Shown: piece by piece, positions 12,826 through 27,222 of the stretch | How the letters are laid out: each line of letters starts with the position of its first letter | Position numbering within the stretch: the stretch's first letter is position 1 | Assembly (NCBI RefSeq): GCF_006345805.1 | Contig: NC_043018.1 | Span: 9,052,001 to 9,116,000 of the forward strand | Length of the DNA stretch: 64,000 bases | From: Octopus sinensis | Lineage: Eukaryota | Direction: 5' to 3' | The notes under the pieces: generated by a model | What the model was told of the DNA's origin: nothing | The model's database searches: none | Seen by the model: the letters and a program-made list of their open reading frames with translations, nothing else | Translations under genes and position numbers: made by a program

Positions 12826-13555
12826 TTACCATGACCAACCTGGTTCTGTGATACAAATTTTGTTTTAAAATGATCTAAATTAAATCCATCAATCAAAGTT
12901 TCCCATTATGTTCCAAAAACCAGTTTAATAATTACAAAATCATTTTACCAAATTTGTCATTATTTTAATAATTAATTAAAACAAAGACAGTGCATTTCAT
13001 TAAAAAATATGGTAACAAAATAGCTAATGTAAATGCATACTTTTTACATAAATATCAGTGAAGGACTAAATACTTATGAATGTGTGTAAAACTTTTACCT
13101 ATGTAGGTGATATTACGAAGGGAATCCAGCCATAGAAACCATGCCAAAGTAGACAATGGAGCAGGATGCAGTCCTTGGACACATCAGATCCTATCATACC
13201 CATGCCAGTATGGGGCATGGGTGTTTTTTTTTTCTTAGGTTTTTGAGTCATGCTGACTCACAAGGGCTTGTTTCACAGTTTCAGGGTGTATATATTCTGC
13301 ACCTGGACAGGACGCTGGTATATCGTATGATGACTCATTTTTGCTAGCTGAGTGGACTGGAGTGACATGAAATAAAGTGTTTTGTTCAAGAACACAACAC
13401 ATTGCCTGGTCCAGGAATTGAAACCACAATCTTACAATCAGGAGTCCAATATGCTAACCACTAAGCCATGCACCTCCATATGGACAATAATTGAAAGTGA
13501 TTGATATAGGTACATTTTGAATGTGTATACCTTTTACCTGTACACATACACACAT

Positions 13556-13745
13556 GAGGTCTGATCAATAAGTCTCCGGACTGTTGCCATAGTAACGAAG
13601 CTAAAGCATGCAGAGTGAAGTTACTTGGCAAAAATTGACCTTGACCTCTGCTGCGCATGTGCACTAAGTTTTAACGTTCTAGCTCACTTCCACTGTTTAC
13701 AGCAGTGCTTGGAAGGAAGATGTGTAGTGTGTGATCATTGTATTC
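13556..13745 (+). mobile_element. mariner 5' end fragment
   Basis: Starts with TIR-like ATGAGGTCTGATCAATAAGT. Confidence 0.45.
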
Positions 13746-14955
13746 ACCATGATAGAAAAAAAAGTTGTCATAGCAAAACCTGTTAAGAGGCCTACACAAA
13801 GTAGCAGAAAGTGTACGGAGTCTTTGTCTTGCAAATTATTTGGTGACCTCACAAGAGCAGATGTCATAAAAAAAAAAGCACCCAGTATATTCAATAAATT
13901 TTTGGCATTAGGAAGGGCATCCAGCTGTGGAAACCATGCTAAAACAGACAATGGACATGATGTAGTTCTCCAACTTGTTGAGTCTTGTCAAACCAATTGA
14001 TCTTTGCCAGCATGAAAGATGGACATGATGTCCCACGATGGTATGGGTTGGATGATTTGGGTGCAAAGACTACATTAAGCCCCTATGCTTATTTTGGCAA
14101 GGTTTCAAAGGCTGAATATGCTTCCTAAGGCCAACCATTTTACAGTATGTACTGGATACTGTTTTAGTGGCACCAACACTAACAAGAACACCAGGCAGCT
14201 CACAGAGTGGTCCTACAGTAGCAAGGGAGGGGGCTTAATGCTTGATGAAGGACCCAGAACAAAATAACTCTCTCACTGTAGAGGGGCTACATGGTTATTT
14301 GCATAACAAAAGGGAAGATAAAAGGTGACCTGAATGAAGTTAAGAGATAAAACATATGATGGGGTATCAAGGTGGGCTCTGAAGGTATGAGGTGAGTAGA
14401 AAAGAGTGGGGACAGGAGAACAGGGCACGTGGATGGGTAGGGGTTGATTGTATGGGGAGGGGAGCGAGAGATGGAAGATGGGTGAGGAGGTGAATATAAT
14501 GTACAAATGTAAGAAAGGTCAGGAACAATAGGTGACAACTGTAGATTGGAGAGGGTTGAGGGGTAGATAGAGTGACTGGTGGAGAAGGAGTGAAGGTGGG
14601 GGGGTGATCTATGGCACATATGGGTTGGGGAGAGTAGGAGAGGTGAAGGGTAGGTGAAAAGCAATAAAGATACAGGAGATGGGGGGGAAAGATGGAAGAG
14701 AAAAAAAGAGGTAGTGTGTGGTTGGTTAGGTTGAGGGGAGAGGCAGATGTAGCGAATGGAGAGAGTGAGAGATGCATGGTGGTGGAGGAGAGATAATTAG
14801 CTGGCTCAAGAGGGTGATGATCGCGAATTGAGGGTGGAGAGGCCAATATTAAGAATGAAGAATGGATATCAAGTAAAATGGTTCTGAGCAGTGAGAAAGA
14901 TAAATTTTACCGGGGGGGGGGGGTAGTAAAGTATGTAGCTCTGTTCACATTTAAA

Positions 14956-15351
14956 TCTATATATATAAAGGTGAAGTTGTCTGTCTGTGTGTCTGGCAGG
15001 TTTGGTAGCCTTCAACTAACACTATCTTCTCTGAGACCCTGCGGCGCAAGTTGACCAAAATTGAGAGTATGATAGAAGAAGGCTTGCTCTTCATACCGTA
15101 GAAGAAAAATTTAAATAGGACCATGTTAAAACTAAAAATTATTTACATCAAAAAGGTGCTTTTTTTTCTATGAAAACCCCTATTTTTTATGATTTTTTTA
15201 CTGCTGTGTTGCCATTTTTCGGTGTATTTCAACCAGAAAAATGTTCGCTAAAAGAGCATAACAAGCTACAAAATGCAAAATTTTTACTTTTCAAAAATTC
15301 CAATTCTAAAGGGTTGAAACAAACCCGAGCAACTCCGGGCTATACTGCTTG
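14956..15351 (+). mobile_element. Non-autonomous Helitron-like element (about 396 bp)
   Basis: A|TCTATATATATAAA 5' end; subterminal hairpin CCCGAG-CAA-CTCCGGG; ends CTTG|T (eroded CTAG). Confidence 0.6.
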
Positions 15352-16599
15352 TATAGGATATTGCAGTTAGAGAGATGATGGTGGTGGAGATGTCAGGAGG
15401 AGGAAGAAATTGGATGAGATGCTCAGTTGCTGTGCACACATACACATTGTACTTCCAAGATGTTTTGTCAAGATAGGCAGGTCTTCTCAGGAACTGCATA
15501 TCACCAGTGACCCTGGCTCTTTATCAGCTCTTCAGGGAGGTTCAAGATCCTGAGATCAGCCTTCACCATGTTGTCCTATGTCTTTCTGGGTCCTCCTCTT
15601 CTGCAAGCTCCATCCGTGGCCGTTGCCAGCCTCGCCTGGCCCCCGTGCCGGTGGCACGTAAAAAGCACCATCCGATCGTGGCTGTTTGCCAGCCTCGTCT
15701 GGCACCTGTGCCGGTGGCACGTAAAAAGCACCCACTACACTCATGGAGTGGTTGGCGTTAGGAAGGGCATCCAGCCGTAGAAACATTGCCAGATCAGACT
15801 GGGCCTGGTGCAGCCTTCTGGCTTCCCAGACCCCAGTTGAACCGTCCAACCCATGCCAGCATGGAAAGCGGATGCTAAACGATGATGATGATGATGACAC
15901 ACAGATGTAAACACACATCATTATCATCCCTGTTGACATAAGCTGGACAATGACAGGAGCTGCACCAGGCTCTGTTGTTTGCCTTGGCATGATTTCTATA
16001 GCTGGATACTCTTCCTAATGCCAACCACTTGAGTGTATTGGGCGCTACTTACAAGGAGACCAGCACTAGTACTTTTATTTCTTTATTGCCGACAAGGAGC
16101 TAAACAAGGGCAAAGGGATTAAGTCAATTACATCGATCCCAGTTCGTAACTGGTACTTAATTTATTGACCCCGAAAGGATGAAAGGCAAAGTCGACTTCG
16201 GCAGAATTTAAACTCAGAATGTAAAGACAGATGAAATACCGCTAAGCATTTTGCCCAGCGTGCTAACATTTCTGCCAGTTTGGTGCATAGTACTAGTACT
16301 TTTAATGTGGCACCAGCACCAGTGGGGTTGCTAAGTAACTTGCAAGACAAAGACCTTTTGGTTGGGAGATGGAGTGGTTCTGAGGGATATGGATTTGTGA
16401 CACTTGAGAGGTTAAAGAATAATAGAGGGATAGAGGCTGATGCCTTACTATGGGAGATAGAGACAGACAGAATGAGAAAGAGAGAGAAAGATTTGTTGGA
16501 GATGTCTGTATGTATGATTCTACTTAAGTTGATGTGTCTTTGAAGCACAGTAAATCACCAAATCTCTTTGTTTCTTGTCATCTTTTTCTGTGAGGCTCA

Positions 16600-16980
16600 T
16601 TTTTCACTACTTTGTCTAATGCCCTTCTGAGTCTAGCTCTTCCACAATTGGAGATTGGATCTTCATGTATCTGTCTTCATCCATATGCATCACACAGACA
16701 TACCAGTGCAATCTTCTCTCTTGCATATGACAACAGATGCCTCTTGCACCCAAGTTTTCTCTTAAAATTGTTTACTTCCTACTCCCCTAGCACTTTGGTC
16801 TTTGCTAAATTGATTCTAAAACTCTTTCATTCCAGACCTTGCTTCTATACCTGAAATTCCTTTTCTAATTCTAGTAAAGATTCAGCTACAAGAACAAGAT
16901 CATCAACATAGAGGGCAACCAATTATAAATTCTTCTGTTATAGTCTGGAGGACTATGATAAACAAGTAGGGAGTGAGACC
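16600..16980 (-). mobile_element. RTE reverse-transcriptase relic
   Basis: LFIIVLQTITEEF...LYVDDLVLVAESLLELEKEFQV, degenerate. Confidence 0.7.
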
Positions 16981-19083
16981 TGTACACCAAATTTGCTGTT
17001 ATATACACACATGGGTTTCTTTCAGTTTCTATTTACCAAATTCACTCACAAGGCATTGGTTAGGTTAGGGCTATAGTAGAAGACACTTGCCCAAGGGCCA
17101 TGCAGTGGTACAAAACCTTAATCATGTGGTTAGAAAGCATATGACTAAATAAATAACTATGTAAATTAAAACTTAGTCTTTTTTGTAATTCTACTAATTT
17201 TTAGTCATCTGACCACAGGTAAAAATATAGAAAAAGCATTTGAATGTACAAATCTATTTTTAGGTATTTCATTAGTAAACCTGAACTTTTCACCTAGGAT
17301 ATTTTAAGCAGAATGTTGAAAGTTATTCAAAATCTAAACAGGATTTTAAATATTTAGGAAGAGTTCCGTGTAATTTCATTGAAAACAAAATGTATACGAG
17401 TATCCTGAAAGTGTAGCAACTATTTATGGCACAGATTTCTGTTTAGATAAACACAAAAAGATCAGTTTTATTGCTCTCAGTATCAATTTCCTTTTCTGAT
17501 AACTTCAGCTCAACAATTACAAGTAAAAATTTTATGTATTTAGTTGGACATTGATCGACACACTTATAAAAGTATAAGGAATATTTGACACATGTGACAA
17601 ACATGCATTCCATAGAATTACTGCAGGGTATCTTGGGCAAGTGGCTTCTACTACAGCCTCAGGCCAACCAAAGCCTTCTGAATGAATTTGACAGATGGAA
17701 ACTGAAATAAGCACATCGTATGTGTGAGCATGCATGCAAACACACGTATATTATATATATATATATATATTATATATATATATAAATTAATATCAGCACC
17801 GGCATATAATAATAAAAATAGAAATTGTTTATTATGTATAAATGAATTTTTTTTTCTAATTGGGACTAAAATTCCGCTTATTAACAACTTTAAGGAACGT
17901 AACGTTTCCTGTCTTCTTTAACCATATATTACCCATATAAGTTAGTAAATATATTAATGATTCATATAGTTACTTATAAATATAATATTGTATGAGGGTT
18001 TTTTTAATAAATCTATAATAACTTACGTCTCATATGTATTATATTAAAATAATATCCCCTTAGTATATCACTTTGACTTTAAATTCATGTATGTATGTAT
18101 GTATGTCAAGTCACTTTTGAGTGCTACTGGTAACATGTAACCCAGTAAAACTTGTTGCATCGTCGGGTCGTCGGCGACTAAACCATCAACCCCACCAAGC
18201 TTGCTTGGTGAGGAGGGTGTTTATTGGACACCCTGCGGGATGAAAAACAAAACCCGTCAAAGGGCGGAGGAACTCTTGAGAATCAACGGCCATCCAATAA
18301 ATGTCTTAAGGCTGTATCATGCACAGGGACATAGAAATAATCAGACTGAATACCTGATCACGTGGTTAAACCATTGGGAGTGGAGGACTCCTAGCCTTTG
18401 TTAGGGCATCCTTCTAGGAGAAAGTATTTCAGGTAACTGGGATAACTCCAACATAAAACCTGCGGCTCAGTGGTTACCGATGATGTTGACTTGTTCTTCT
18501 TTTCGGATTATGGCTGCTGTTGCTTAGTGAGTGGGAATGACTCAGTGCACAGCCTTTCCTCACTTTAAAAAAAATCTTCTTGCACAGGCATTGCACGATA
18601 ACATTGATTAAGCTTCGTGCAATGGCTATACTCGATAACGAGGGGGCAGCCACCATGTATAACCAACCGTAACTAAGTCAAGGCCTTTCAAAATAATAGA
18701 TGACCAATTAGATTATGTGACTGAACAAAAATAACCCCTCCCCACAGGATTTCAACTCCTCCATAAAGAAATAAAATAACGGAGAAATAAACATATCACA
18801 TGTTTATATGAAAATATCAGTTTGTGTATAATTATAAATTATATAATTATAATGATATGAACAACTGCATTAATTCTCCCTTCCAAACACATCTAATACG
18901 TATGTACCTATGAGTATGTTTGTACGGAAATATATATATATATGTGTTCCTCATATATATACAGTTTCATTCTTACATAACTAAAATAACTTTAAGATAT
19001 ATTGATTTTATAAATTACAATATTACTCCTCTTCTAATAACTTTCTCACACCTCTGTTTATATTTTACCTAATAGGAATAATT

Positions 19084-19315
19084 ATCTTCGACCTGCACCA
19101 AATGCTCTGCTTGTGCTCACTTATTGCAGTTGCAAGAATAGTTGTGAGGAACTCAAAGATGAAGGAAAGGCTCGGAGAGATAACCTGCACAGACCTGTGT
19201 AGATGCGTTAATTGCCAGAATTTAGCTCAAGCAGGAAATGATGTGGAAGGTGATGATGATACAGACAATGAGGAAGAAGACGAGAGGTGTGAGAGCTCAC
19301 CTCAAACGAGAAATG
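19084..19315 (+). pseudogene. Frameshifted CXC-domain plus acidic-tail fragment, typical of an unclassified DNA-transposon ORF C-terminus
   Basis: PAPNALLVLTYCSCKNSC, then frameshift, then TCTDLCRCVNCQN-DDDTDNEEED. Confidence 0.5.
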
Positions 19316-19682
19316 TTGACTTGGATTACCTGTAAATTTTAACTCTCTTTACTCGTTTCAGTCATTTGACTGTGGCCATGCTGGAGCACCACCTTTAGTC
19401 GAGCAACTCGACCCCAGGACTTATTCTTTTGTAAGCCCAGTACTTATTCTATCGGTCTCTTTTGCCGAACCGCTAAGTTACTGGGACGTAAACACACCAG
19501 CATCGGTTGTCAAGCAATGCTAGGGGGACAAACACAGACACACAAACACACACACATCATCATCATCGTTTAGCATCCGTTGATGATGATGATGATGATG
19601 ATGTGTGTGTGTTTGTGTGTCTGTGTTTGTCCCCCTAGCATTGCTTGACAACCGATGCTGGTGTGTTTATGTCCCTGCATAT

Positions 19683-19715
<33 letters not shown>

Positions 19716-19939
19716 CGACGGGCTTCTTTCAGTTTCCGTCTACCAAATCCATTCGCAAGGCTTTGGTTGGCCCAAGGCTATAGTAGAAGACACTTGCCCA
19801 AGGTGCCATGCAGCAGGACTGAACCCGGAACCGTGTGGTTGGTAAGCAAGCCACTTGTTTTCATATCCATGCATCAAATTCAATTGTAATTCCTTACAAG
19901 CATAGTTTGTCCCTTCTCCAGTGAGTTACAGAAGTGGTA

Positions 19940-20620
19940 GTGAATTCCCGGGCCTCACCGAGGCAATGACTAGTGACCGGGACCTTTGGAAATATGCTGT
20001 GCTTGAGAAGACTTGGCAAGCGCAAGTGAGGCCATAACCTTGTGGCCTATGCCAGGGGTGTAACCAGCCCACTTATGCGTGCCTTTCCTTCACTGGACAT
20101 TAAACTCTGCTTGTGAAGACCTGTTGAGGCAAGTGAAATCAAAATCAAATTCGATGACTGGCATCCGTGCTAGTGGAGCGCTAAGGGTACCATACAAGTG
20201 AGATCGTTGCCAGAGCAACAAGCTGGCCTCCGTGCCAATGGCATGTTAAAAACACCATTCAAGCATGATTGTTACCTGCGTCGTCTTACTGACACTTGTG
20301 CTTGTGGCACGTGAAAAAACATTCGAGTGAGGTCATTGCCAGTGCCGCTGGACTGGCTCCTGTGCAGGTGGCACATAAAAAGCACCATTTGAGCGTGGCC
20401 ATTGCAAGTACTGCCTGACTGGCCCTTGTACCAGTGGCATGTAAAAGCACCCACTACACTCATGGAGTGGTTGGCGTTAGGAAGGGCATCCAGCTGTAGA
20501 AACTCTGCCAGATCAAGACTGGAGCCTGGTGCAACCATCTGGTTTGTCAGCCCTCAGTCAACTCGTCCAACCCATGCTAGCATGGAAAGCAGACGTTAAA
20601 CGATGGTGATGATGATGAAT
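19940..20620 (+). mobile_element. RTE LINE C-terminus plus 3' UTR with (GAT)n tail; 3'-end copies at 15615-15897, 21050-21682, 60526-60749(+), 6625-6745, 61830-62070(-)
   Basis: GLTEAMTSDRDLWKYAVLEKT, GGCACGTAAAAAGCACC subrepeats, CGTTAAACGATGATGAT tail. Confidence 0.8.
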
Positions 20621-21921
20621 AAAATAATGCATCTAATAATAATAATTGATTCATTTGTGTGCATATACATGCAAATATGCATGTACATTTAAGTGTAGGT
20701 ATATGTATTTATGTATATGTAAAAGTATGTATTTATATGTGTGTGTATTTATAACTTAACCTTATGTACTTTCTAAAATCCAAGTACTTCAATTTCATCT
20801 ACTAATTACTTCAATACACTGGAGAAATAAAGGTAGAATGAGGTAATTTTGCCTCTTGGCTGAAACAGCTGTAAGATATTATCCCAATTTCTATTGCTAT
20901 ACGTTATATATTTTAATAATTACTGACAGTTTTATATTTTATATATTATATATGTAAAGCATAATATGTTATACATATATGTATATCATTATAATTGTCC
21001 TTTTAGTAAATAAATTTATTTATTTAGTAAATAAATAAATAAATAAGTACGTAAAAAGCACTATCCGACTCGGGGCCGTGGCACGTAAAATACTCCAATG
21101 CGACCGTACGACAGGCACCCATGCCAACCCCCTTTGCTTGTGAAGACATGTTGGGGCAAGCGAAATCGAATCGAATCGAATTGAACCAGCCAGGATCCCT
21201 GGTCTGGTGGTACGTAAAAAGCACTATCCGACTCGTGGCCGTGGCACGTAAAATACTCCTGCGACCGTACGACAGGCACCCTTGCCACCCCCTTTGCTTG
21301 TGAAGACATGTTGGGGCAAGCGAAATCGAAATCGAATTGAACCAGCCAGGATCCCTGGTCTGGTGTACGTAAAAAGCACTATCCGACTCGTGGCCGATGC
21401 CAGCACCGCCTAGACTGGCTTCCGTGCCGGTGGCACATAAAATACACCAATCTGACCGTGGCCGTTGCCAGCCCCGCCTGGCACCTGTGCAGGTGGCACG
21501 TAAAAGCACCCACTACACTCACGGAGTGGTTGGCGTTAGAAGGGCATCCAGCTGTAAAACATTGCCAAATTAGACTGGAGCCTGGTGCAGCCTTCTGGCT
21601 TCCCAGAACCCCGGTCGAACCGTCCAACCCATGCTAGCATGGAGAACGGACGTTAAACGACGATGATGATGATGATGATGAAATTGACATAATATAATGT
21701 CTAAAAGTTGATGAATACCACCAATTGATCCCCTCCATTTTCTTATTGCTCTTTAAATTAATGGTAAAATAACTCTTTATTGTCACCCATTTATTACACC
21801 CGGTAATGTAATTGCAATGCAATAAAAAACACTTTTGTATTAATAATTGGGTGTTCTACCAGCAGTATATTGGATAGATATTATCCCTTTGTTGGTTGGA
21901 TTCACAACTAACTTTCTTGGA

Positions 21922-21979
<58 letters not shown>

Positions 21980-22574
21980 GGTGTAGAAGCATTAATATGA
22001 ATGGCTATTTAATGTGGAGAATGAAGAATGGGAAAAGGGAATTTCCTCTCTGTGAATCCAGGAGGGAGTGGCTTTATTGACAGCAGTATAATAAATAAGG
22101 CAATTAAAAATATATAAAGAAGTGCTTAAAATATCTGGTGGGGTAGGCTACAAGGCAGTGAGCTGGCAGAAACATTAGCACGCCGGGCAAAGTGCTTAGC
22201 AGTATTTCATTTGCTGTTACATTCTGAGTACCAGTTACGCACTGGGGTTGATATAATCGACTTAATCCGTTTGTCCTCTCTGTGTTTAGCCCCTTGTGGG
22301 TAGTAAAGAAATAGGTATTTCGTCTGCCGTTACGTTCTGAGTTCAAATACCGCCGAGGTCGACTTTGCCTTTCATCCTTTCAGGGTCAATAAATTAAGTA
22401 CCAGTGATGCACTGGGGTTGATGTAATCAACTTAATCAATTTGTCTGTCCTTGTTTGTCCTCTCTGTTTAGCCCCTTGTGGGCAATAAAGAAATAAGAAA
22501 TAAGAGTAGGCTACAGTGTAGTCAACTATAGAGTTAGTCAGGTTATTCAGCCTCAAGTGTCGTCATCAATGACT

Positions 22575-23290
22575 GGCATAGCAACATTATAGTCAGCTGC
22601 TACAAGACAGAAGTGATTATAGAGGTATGAAATTTCTGGACAAGGTCATGTAAGTTATGGAAAGAGTTACAGCCCAATTAGGAACAGAATCAGAATAGAT
22701 GAAATGCAGTTTGGCTTTGTGGCAAGGAGAAGCACTATCTTTATAGTTAGGCAACTGCAAGAGAAGTATTTGGCCAAGAATAAACCAGTGTACTTGGTGA
22801 TTGTTGACTTGGAGAAAGCTTTTGACAGAGTATCCCACTGGATGATATGGTGGGCTCTGAGGAAGTTAGGGGTAAACAAATGACTTGTGAAAGCAAGTTA
22901 GTAAGATAAGAGTGAGCCATGAGTCACCTAGAGTGATGAATTTAGTGTACAAGTAGGTGTTCACCAAGGCTTAGTTGTCACTCCTCTCCTATTCATCCTC
23001 ATCCTCCAAGCCATAACAGAGGAATTTAGGACTGAAGCCCATGGGAACTATTATATGCTGATGATCTTGCTCTTATAGCTAAATCTGTAACAGAATTAGA
23101 AAAGAAATTCCAGGTGAGAAAACAAAACCTGGAATCAAAGGGTCTTGAAGTTATCTTAGCAAAGATCAAGGTCATAGTAAACAAGAAACTAGACATGATC
23201 CTACCCACTTCAGGTAAATGGCCCAGCTTGGTATGTAGGAAAGGTGTAGGAAAAAATTCCATTCAGTGTATCTAGTGCAAGCTATGGACA
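22575..23290 (+). mobile_element. RTE reverse-transcriptase relic
   Basis: DEMQFG...IVRQLQEKYLAKNKP...VDLEKAFDRV...VGVHQG...YADDL, with stops and frameshifts. Confidence 0.8.
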
Positions 23291-23324
23291 CAAAATGAGC
23301 AGTGGATTAGTAGGAAGGTCTGAG

Positions 23325-23990
23325 GCAGATGCAGCTGGTTTTCTTGAATGTTTTCTAACCCAGGATGAGTGTTGGCTTCATCACTTGAGCCAGAGACAAA
23401 GAGGCTATCTGTAGAGTGGAAACACCCCTCCTCACCTGTTCCAAAGATGGCCAAGGTCATTTCACCTGCAAGGAAGGTAACAGCCTAAGTTTTTTTGAGA
23501 TGCAAAAGGAACTATGTTTATTGACAAGGGTCACACCATCAATGGAGAGTATTATGCCAACTTGCTGAGGCAGTTACAAAAGGCTATCAAGACCAGAGAC
23601 CCAGGAAAACTGAAGAAAGAGATCTTGTTTCATCAAGGACAATACTCCAGCACACAAGTCCTTGCTTTCAATGGCTGCTGTGCACAACAGTGGCTTTGAA
23701 CTGGTTGATCATTCTCCCTATTCTCCTGATTTGGCCACGTCTGACTATCACCTGTTCCCCGATAGGAAAAAAAACACTTGGCCAGGAACCAGTGTCAGAG
23801 TGATGGTGGCATCACATTTGCTATTGATGTTTTTGACTAACAGAACGAAAACCTCTTCACTAATAGGATCCAAGCACTGCAACACGGATGGGAGTGTGTG
23901 AACTGCAAGGGGACTATGTTGAAAAATAACCCTTATTTAGTTACATTCTATGAGAGCATCTTGGTTAACCCATGAATTTTTCAGCCTCGT
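23325..23990 (+). mobile_element. mariner (DD34D) transposase relic with 3' end
   Basis: TQDECW, frameshifted HQDN, YSPDLATSDYHLF; 34 residues between the 2nd and 3rd Asp. Confidence 0.85.
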
Positions 23991-26900
23991 AACCCTTCTA
24001 CAACAAGAACGTGCCCCGTTCCAACCTTTTCCCACATGTAGCGCATAAAGACAACACCCTCCATCCCAAGGCTTGATGACTTGCAAGCTACATGGTGACT
24101 CCAATAGTTCCAATACACACACAAAAAAAAGAGCCAGTACACACTGTAAAGTGGTTGGCATCAGGAAGGTCATCCAGAATGGAAACCATGGCAAAACAGG
24201 CAATGGTGTATGGTGCAGTCCTTGGTTCATTAGATCCTTAGTCAAATTGTTCAACCCATGCCAACATGGAATATGGATGTTAAATGATGATACACACACA
24301 GACACACACACTTATATATGTGTCCTTGTCTTGATATCATGTGATAGTTGTAATGGAGTATCACCGTCATGTAGGTAAAAACCATGTCTGGCTATGGGGA
24401 AAGATTACCTCGCATGGAGATGAGGGTTGGCAACAAGAAGAACATCCATCTACAGAAAGTCTTCCTCAATAAATTCCATTCACCCCTTGCAAGCATGGAA
24501 AAATGGACATTAAAATGACAATTGATGGATCATCAATAAAGAACCACTTAAAAACAGGAACCACATTTCCGTAATAAATCCATTTAAATGCTTTATGACT
24601 AAATTCTTTCTTTCTTCAAACAGAAATGTATAGTCATCATCATCAACAATCATCATTTTAACGCCCACTTCTTCACACTGACATAAGGCAGACAGAATCC
24701 ATAGTGATAGATGCCTTTCCTGTCTCCAGCTCTTATCTGTTTCCAAGTAACATCTTCTCCTGGCCAGATGTTTTTCCCACGAAGATTGGAAATGAAACAC
24801 TGCTCGATTACCACGTAACTCAGTAAAAGAACACTTCATGGAGTGGAGAGGACACTCTAATTCTATGAGGTACAAGGAGACGCCACTAGTGTTGGTGCCA
24901 CTCGGCTGTCTATCCAAGAAACTCTGTAAGGTGGTAAGCACACTAGCGGAGACAACACGGGGTTAAGAGGACGCGTTTGTCTTGAAGTAGACATAAACTT
25001 TTTAATGCTGGTATCATGAAAAAATACACACAGTGCTCTGTATACTGTGACTGGCGATAGGAAGGACATCCAACCACAGAAAGCAAGCCCCCAAAAAATG
25101 AAACGTGGTATCAGAACGTGGTATCCTTAATCTATGTAACAGGGTAGAATCACTTAATAAGAACTGGCTTGAATCACGACAGCCCCGGCATGACAAGCAG
25201 ACTGATGATGAGGCTGGAAGTCAGTATTACTTGTAGCTGTTTCTTCAAAAACACAACAGAGCAACATAAGAAATAAACAGTTGTCTTCCTGAGGGTGTGC
25301 ATATTAAAGGTTCTTGAACTCCAGTACGAAACAGGAACGTAAAATATGGTGTTTTGTGAATAAAGCATACTATAAAAACAAGAATTTATGTAAAAAAAAA
25401 TTACGTTTTAATTTATAAAACGGAAGTGAGATAGCTACTGACACCCAACACAATAGTTGTAGATACGAACATTTAATTTACAAATAAATTATTTCACTTA
25501 GATGACAACTAAGATTTATTACTGTTATATCTTTTTGGGATATAAAACCTGATAGCTTGCTTTTCCGTTTTATAAGGGTGGAGGTCACGAACGTTTAATA
25601 CATACACTTCTTTCGACAAGATTACCAGCCGAACTAACCGCTTCGACTGATTAAATTTTAAAATGTTCATCTCGTAAACCTTTTAATATCAGTCTTACTG
25701 GGTGGTCCCCGTTACAATGTCTTTCCTCAAGGACGTTAATGACCAAACAGTAATATACATACAAATGGGGAAATACCGGATCCAGTCATTAAAAAACGTC
25801 TTCATAAACTTAACTTCGAACTACAACCATTAGCTGAAACAAATCTCGATTCTGAGACAACGTTCATCCTTTTAAGTACTAACTTTACATATAAGGTGTT
25901 TATTTATGTAAAACTGGGCGAGATGAGGTACACACAGATTTGGTTTCTGCTCCACATACAACGTAATGTCTGTTGCAGGCATGAACAGTTGAACCATAAC
26001 AAGCTGACCGAATACTTTATTAACTGTCTTTCACGTATACCTCAGCCCTTAATAGCTTCTAATTCATAATTACAGCAGACATACACGTAATTATATACAT
26101 ACAAACAATACTAACCTGAAAGACCATGCGTCCAAGGAATGTTTGCTACAAACAAGTCTCAGTGTCGTTAAACACCGGTTAATTACTTGCGTCAAATTCG
26201 TGTCTTAATTACTAAACTTAAAGCGCTTAGACAGGTGCGTTTTGTTTAATTGCGTTTTAAGCATTCCTTCGGTATAGCTCGACACGGTCGAGACATTTCA
26301 CTTCGGGTGTTTCCGTGGGTTGTGGAGACTAGATATAATGAAATTATGCCAGCAATTAACACCCTTTCGAATTTCTCGATTAACTGTAGACTATATATCG
26401 CGCGAAACAGCGAAAATATGAGCAACTAATAATGTGTGAGTGTGTGTGTATGTATATATTTACATATGTATGTATGTATGTAAACAGCTGATACGCTACA
26501 TTAAGGAGGAACCGAATTGGCTGCTGTTTCGCTTCGTAGTAGAAACGGTTTTCACCTCTGCTGCTACTAATCTTACACAAGTCGTGGATGGGTACCTCTT
26601 TAGAATTCACTCCTCTATACCTTTTTTTTTTTTTTTTTTCTTCCAGATTCATAAGTTTTCGATATAAGAGATGACGATTTAGCAAAAAAATTTTTTTTTT
26701 AATTTCAACCCCACCCCCAATTTATTTGCTTTGTTTACAGTACCCCCGTGGATGTCACATTTACTGGGATTGTAAACAAATCGGGCTCTCTGTTAATATA
26801 CATAAAAATATTTACATTTATCATCAAGTGTCACAAAACTCTGAATATCAGAGACTTTCCATTAATACAGCACATATATACAATTATTCCAACAAACTAT

Positions 26901-27222
26901 AGAATTCCGATTGAACAGTTCAGTATTCTTTTCTTTAACGCCAGATCTTCCACCTTTTAAATCCCTGGTCGACTCCCTCTTCAATCGGCCCCGTTGACAC
27001 TTTACAGAAAGAAACCTGCTTCAATGGCAATGTTCCTCATCACGACATCTCATCTCACTTCATTTACGGTAGCCATGAGGCGAGCCACGTGATTGTTTTG
27101 TTTACATATTTTCTTTCGGGATTATTTTCACTTAATCTAAAATTCCATTATTCAGTGTTTGCTGTTGTTTGTAGGAATTTCATCCATTAATTCATTTCTT
27201 AATGACTTGGTTTTCTTATTTC

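Noticed and set aside
14273-14846. Pro/Ser/Leu-rich ORFs
   Set aside because: Antisense of a purine-rich low-complexity tract.
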